Positions 60,703 through 64,000 of a DNA stretch of 64,000 nt are shown here, in pieces. A program made the position numbers and the translations under genes. This stretch comes from Actinomycetes bacterium (lineage in GTDB: Bacteria > Actinomycetota > Thermoleophilia > Solirubrobacterales > Solirubrobacteraceae), in the NCBI GenBank assembly GCA_037131165.1, contig JBAXRO010000002.1, positions 6,144 through 70,143 of the forward strand, given 5' to 3'. Numbering within the stretch: the first letter of the stretch is position 1; every line of letters begins with the position of its first letter. The notes under the pieces were generated by a model. The model was not told the DNA's origin, searched no databases, and saw only the letters and a program-made list of their open reading frames with translations.

Positions 60703-61554
60703 TCAGGCGGCCCGAAGGCCGACCCGCAGCCCGATGAAGTCGAACAACACCGAGGAGAACCGCTCCGGCTCCTCGAGCTGCGGGCAGTGGCCGCAGCCCT
60801 CCAGCAGCTCGAGCCGGGAATCGGAAACGGCTGCGAGCAGCTTGTCGGCTCCCGCCGGGTAGACCATCCGGTCCTCGCTGCCCCAGACGAGCAGGACGCG
60901 GGAGGCGATCCGCTCGAGCTCGAACGGATCCCGCAGCTCGGGCAGCAGCCGCCTGCCGTTCTCGAGCAGGCCGACGACTCTCTCGCGGCTTTGGAAATGG
61001 CGGCTGAAGTTCCTGACCACTCTCGGTTCGATCCGATCGGGATCGGCGAACGCGAGAGTCGAGTAAACGCGCCCCACTCCGGCCCTGAGGGCGGCCGGGG
61101 GCAACGGGACCGGAAGCGAAAGCACCCGCCTGAGGATCGGATCACGCTCAATGATCGAGAGCCAGCGAGGCATCTCGAGGCCGGCGGGAGCAACGGCGAC
61201 CACCCCGCCAAGATCGTGGCGGCGCTCCGCGAGACGCAGCGAGACGCATCCGCCGAGCGAGTTCCCGACGAAGATCGCCCCGGGCCCGGCAGCGTCGGCG
61301 ACGGCATCGATGAACGAGTCGAGCTGCGGCAGGATCGGCGAATCCTCGAGCGGCGACGCCTTGCCGTAGCCGGGCATGTCGACCGCGATCGCAGCCCTGT
61401 CGGCCCGCCCGAGGGCGGCGAGCGTGTGGCGCCAAGTGTCAGCCGAATCAGACCAGCCGTGGACGAGGACCACGGGCGGGCCGTTCCCTTCGAGCTCGAG
61501 AACTCGAGTCGATCGGCCGCCGAACTCGGCCTCGTGTTCGAACAGTGGCTGCAT
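60703..61554 (-). CDS. alpha/beta hydrolase fold protein
   Basis: VVLVHGWSDS (oxyanion HG), GNSLGG nucleophile elbow, CGHCPQLE (His). GAAGGGAGAGAG SD. Confidence 0.75.
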   Translation of the reverse strand: MQPLFEHEAEFGGRSTRVLELEGNGPPVVLVHGWSDSADTWRHTLAALGRADRAAIAVDMPGYGKASPLEDSPILPQLDSFIDAVADAAGPGAIFVGNSLGGCVSLRLAERRHDLGGVVAVAPAGLEMPRWLSIIERDPILRRVLSLPVPLPPAALRAGVGRVYSTLAFADPDRIEPRVVRNFSRHFQSRERVVGLLENGRRLLPELRDPFELERIASRVLLVWGSEDRMVYPAGADKLLAAVSDSRLELLEGCGHCPQLEEPERFSSVLFDFIGLRVGLRAA

Positions 61555-61698
61555 CTCTCTCCCTTCAACACCGCGCTTACGGCAGTGTTGCGTCCGTCAC
61601 ACTACTCCCACCGCCGGGGAACGGCGCCGCCGCCCGCGGGCAAGCGCCCGTCGGCGACCCCGGCGCCCGTCCGCAACGGCCATTACCGTCGGTCCACG

Positions 61699-62655
61699 AT
61701 GGCTGTCAAGGACATGAAGGGCGGAGAGAAGTTCGAGGGCGTACTGATCGTCCGCTCGGCCCAACAGCGCGAGACCAAGGCCGGAAAGCCGTTCATCAAG
61801 GTCGAGCTCGCCGACAGCAGCGGAACGATCCCCACCAACATCTGGGACAGCACCGAGTCCGACATCGCTCTCTTCTCGGCCGGCAAGGCGATCAAGCTCT
61901 CGGCAACCATCGAGGAACACGAACGCTGGGGTCGCTCCCTGAAGCTCCACGACGCCGACGAGGCCGAGGATGGCTCATACGACCCCGCGGACCTGTTCGA
62001 CGGCCCGCCCACTCCCCTCGCCGAGATGGAATCCCAGTTGCGCGAGCTGATCGAGAGCGTCCAGCAGCCCCACCTGGCGAAGCTGCTCGACCTGATCATC
62101 GGCCCCGACGCGCCGACGTGGCCCGTCTATCGGGATGCCCCCGCGGCCAAGCGCTTTCATCAGGCCTACAAGCACGGCCTGCTGGAGCACAGCCTCACGG
62201 TCGCCCAATCGGTTGCCGGAATCGCCGGCAACTTCCCCGGGATCGACCGAGACCTTGCGGTGACAGGTGCGCTGATCCACGACATCGGCAAGCTCGACGC
62301 CTACACGACCGACCCTGCCGCGATCGATTTCACCGACGACGGCAGATTGCAGGGCGAGATCCCACTCGGGTACTTCCGGGTCAAGACCCTCGCAGCGACG
62401 ATCGACGGCTTCCCCGAGGACCTCGAGCGCGGCATCTGCCACATCATCCTCAGTCACCACGGCAGGCTCGAGCACGGAAGTCCCGTAGTGCCGCAGACCC
62501 GCGAGGCGACGCTCGTTCACATGATCGACCACCTCGGCGGGCAACTCGGGAGCTTCGACCGGTTGGAGAAGTCCCTCGCTCCCGGCGAGAAGTGGTCCGG
62601 CTACGACACCGCGATCGGCGGCGGCGCCTGGTTCCCCCTCACAGGGGGCGGGTGA
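61699..62655 (+). CDS. OB-fold + HD-domain phosphohydrolase (YhaM-like 3'-5' exoribonuclease family)
   Basis: The N-terminal OB (FEGVLIVRSAQQRETKAGKPFIKVELADSSG) is followed by the HD domain (KHGLLEHSL..GALIHDIGK..ILSHHG). The upstream 344 codons of the track ORF are a shadow of the hydrolase gene. Confidence 0.7.
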   Translation: MAVKDMKGGEKFEGVLIVRSAQQRETKAGKPFIKVELADSSGTIPTNIWDSTESDIALFSAGKAIKLSATIEEHERWGRSLKLHDADEAEDGSYDPADLFDGPPTPLAEMESQLRELIESVQQPHLAKLLDLIIGPDAPTWPVYRDAPAAKRFHQAYKHGLLEHSLTVAQSVAGIAGNFPGIDRDLAVTGALIHDIGKLDAYTTDPAAIDFTDDGRLQGEIPLGYFRVKTLAATIDGFPEDLERGICHIILSHHGRLEHGSPVVPQTREATLVHMIDHLGGQLGSFDRLEKSLAPGEKWSGYDTAIGGGAWFPLTGGG

Positions 62656-62665
62656 GCTCAAGCCC

Positions 62666-62694
62666 GGCGAAACAGGCCGAAACAAGGCCGAAAC
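62666..62694 (+). promoter_or_regulatory. three direct GSCGAAAC repeats at 10-11 bp spacing upstream of the PafBC-like gene
   Basis: GGCGAAACa GGCCGAAACaa GGCCGAAAC. The CGAAAC cores are at 62668, 62678 and 62689. Confidence 0.4.
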
Positions 62695-62761
62695 GCCAAG
62701 AAAGTGCGGAACTAGCGGGGTATCGGCGGCCTCGCGAAATCATCGTCTGACGCGCTCTGTC

Positions 62762-62767
62762 TATGCT
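62762..62767 (+). promoter_or_regulatory. -10-like box TATGCT, 6 nt upstream of GTG 62774
   Basis: tatgct, then cggcgg, then GTG. Confidence 0.4.
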
Positions 62768-62773
62768 CGGCGG

Positions 62774-64000
62774 GTGGCGAAGGACACAGAGAAGCTGATC
62801 CGTCAGCTGTCGCTCATCAGCTACCTGATGGCAGAGCGGCGGCCCGTAACGGCCATGGAAATCCGCCGTGACGTCGAGGGATACAGCGCGATGAACGAGG
62901 ACGCGTTCGCGAGGCGTTTCTACGCCGACCGGTCCGAGCTCGAGGCGTTGGGAATCAGGCTCACGATCGAACGTCCGGCCGACGGCCAGGTCGAACAGGA
63001 GAACTACTCGCTGCCCCCGGAGGACTTCTACCTGCCGCCGGTCGAGTTCAGCGACGGCGAGCTGGCAGCCCTGCAGACCGCACTCTCCCTGCTCGATGGC
63101 GAGTTTGCCTACGCCGAGCCGCTGAGGCTGGCGCTGCAGCAACTCTCGTGGGGCCGGCCACGCCCCGACCGCCGCCCCGACCAGTCATCCGTCGCCCTGG
63201 GCATCACGGCCGCCGCCGGTGGCCACGAGCTCTCCCAGCGCCTCGCGAAGATCGAGACCGCGATCTTCCGCCGCAAGACGATCACGTTCGACTACTACAC
63301 GATCGAGCGCGACAAGCAGGGATCACGGACCGTCGATCCGTACCTGTTGCTGTTCCAGGGAGGCCAGTTCCACCTGATCGGGCATTCCCACGAGCGCGAC
63401 GCGATCAGGGTTTTCCGGCTCTCGCGGATGAGCGGCAAGGTGGCCTACGCGACGAAGGCCGAGCACGACTTCCAGCGCCCGAGCGACTTCGACCCGAGGC
63501 TCTACGCAAAGCGGGCGCTCTGGCAGTTCGGGGACATCGAGGGAACGGCCAAGATCGAACTGAGCGACCGGATCGCCTGGCAAGTCGAACGCAACTTCGG
63601 CCACACCGGGACGATCGAGCCGGGCAAGAGCGGCAAGACCATCTTCAGCTCCGATTACGCGCAGGGCCGGGCGCTCGTCTCCTGGACCCTCGGACTTGGA
63701 GCCAACGCGCGGATACTCGAGCCGAAGGAACTGGTCGATGAGTACGAACAGAGGCTGAAGCTCGTTCAGGACCGCCACCGCGGGGAAGCAAAGCTCGCCA
63801 ACCGCAGGCGCGGGCCGGTCAAGCAGCACCAAGCCGAGCAGCGTGAGCCCGACGAGGACCGCGAACAGGCGGCGATCCGCCCCGAGCGGTTCGCCCGCCT
63901 CGTGACCCTCGCCTCGATCCTGATCGAGGCCGGCCGCGCCGGTGACCGCCTCAATGTCATCGAACTTCAGGAGCGCCTCCAGGTAACGGAAGAGGAGCTC
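62774..64000 (+). CDS. HTH-WYL-WCX transcriptional regulator, PafB-like half continuing in frame into a PafC-like N-terminus (natural PafBC fusion?); 3' end off-window
   Basis: Own translation: (M)AKDTEKLIRQLSLISYLMAERRPVTAMEIRRDV..FRRKTITFDYYTIERDKQGSRTVDPYLLLFQGGQFHLIGHSHERDAIRVFRLSRM (WYL)..ARILEPKELV..ERFARLVTLASILIEAGRAGDRLNVIELQERLQVTEEEL. There is no stop through position 64000, so it is absent from the track. Confidence 0.7.
   Translation, partial: MAKDTEKLIRQLSLISYLMAERRPVTAMEIRRDVEGYSAMNEDAFARRFYADRSELEALGIRLTIERPADGQVEQENYSLPPEDFYLPPVEFSDGELAALQTALSLLDGEFAYAEPLRLALQQLSWGRPRPDRRPDQSSVALGITAAAGGHELSQRLAKIETAIFRRKTITFDYYTIERDKQGSRTVDPYLLLFQGGQFHLIGHSHERDAIRVFRLSRMSGKVAYATKAEHDFQRPSDFDPRLYAKRALWQFGDIEGTAKIELSDRIAWQVERNFGHTGTIEPGKSGKTIFSSDYAQGRALVSWTLGLGANARILEPKELVDEYEQRLKLVQDRHRGEAKLANRRRGPVKQHQAEQREPDEDREQAAIRPERFARLVTLASILIEAGRAGDRLNVIELQERLQVTEEEL

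Noticed and set aside
60667-61698. Upstream 344 codons of the 662-aa ORF ending at 62655
   Set aside because: It is a shadow of the alpha/beta hydrolase gene on the opposite strand. The OB-HD protein begins at ATG 61699.

Overview
High-GC, Actinomycetota-like chromosomal window, almost fully coding. I support about 58 protein genes, one tRNA-Thr(CGT), several hairpin terminators and a few promoter/operator-like sites. I see no rRNA, CRISPR array, transposase or integrase. Many long Arg/Pro/Gly-rich ORFs in the track are shadow frames of real genes and were discarded. Two real genes are missing from the track because they run off the window: a PccB-like gene at 1-1291 and a PafBC-like regulator at 62774-64000. 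The left third is housekeeping: a propionate/methylmalonyl-CoA module, a MoaD-MoaE fusion, ferritin, UDP-xylose synthase plus a polyprenyl-P sugar transferase, CtaA, NrdJ, GalE, Tmk, HolB and UppP. Accessory-looking content: (i) A Tat-exported two-domain multicopper oxidase, a beta-helix protein and a cupredoxin (25.8-29.8 kb). (ii) tRNA-Thr followed by a 51-bp direct repeat of its 3' half that brackets exactly one GT-C glycosyltransferase gene. Next comes a same-strand cluster (36.5-45.2 kb): a secreted RCC1-repeat protein carrying a perfect 246-bp tandem duplication, a secreted pentapeptide-repeat protein, a PAP2 phosphatase, an unknown protein and a second GT-C paralog. This is my best candidate for an undescribed envelope or secreted-protein glycosylation system. 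(iii) A secreted protein that combines a PHM/DBH-like HH..H..HxH..M copper-monooxygenase motif set with a C-terminal amicyanin-like cupredoxin (56.8-58.5 kb). (iv) A leaderless three-gene operon of two unknown proteins plus an FAD amine oxidase downstream of nrdJ (14.1-17.1 kb). (v) A DsbB gene flanked by two translationally coupled 50-codon membrane mini-ORFs. TAnnnT boxes 6-7 nt upstream of many start codons suggest widespread leaderless transcription, and I used them to refine starts. All functional calls come from motif recognition by eye; no database search was run.
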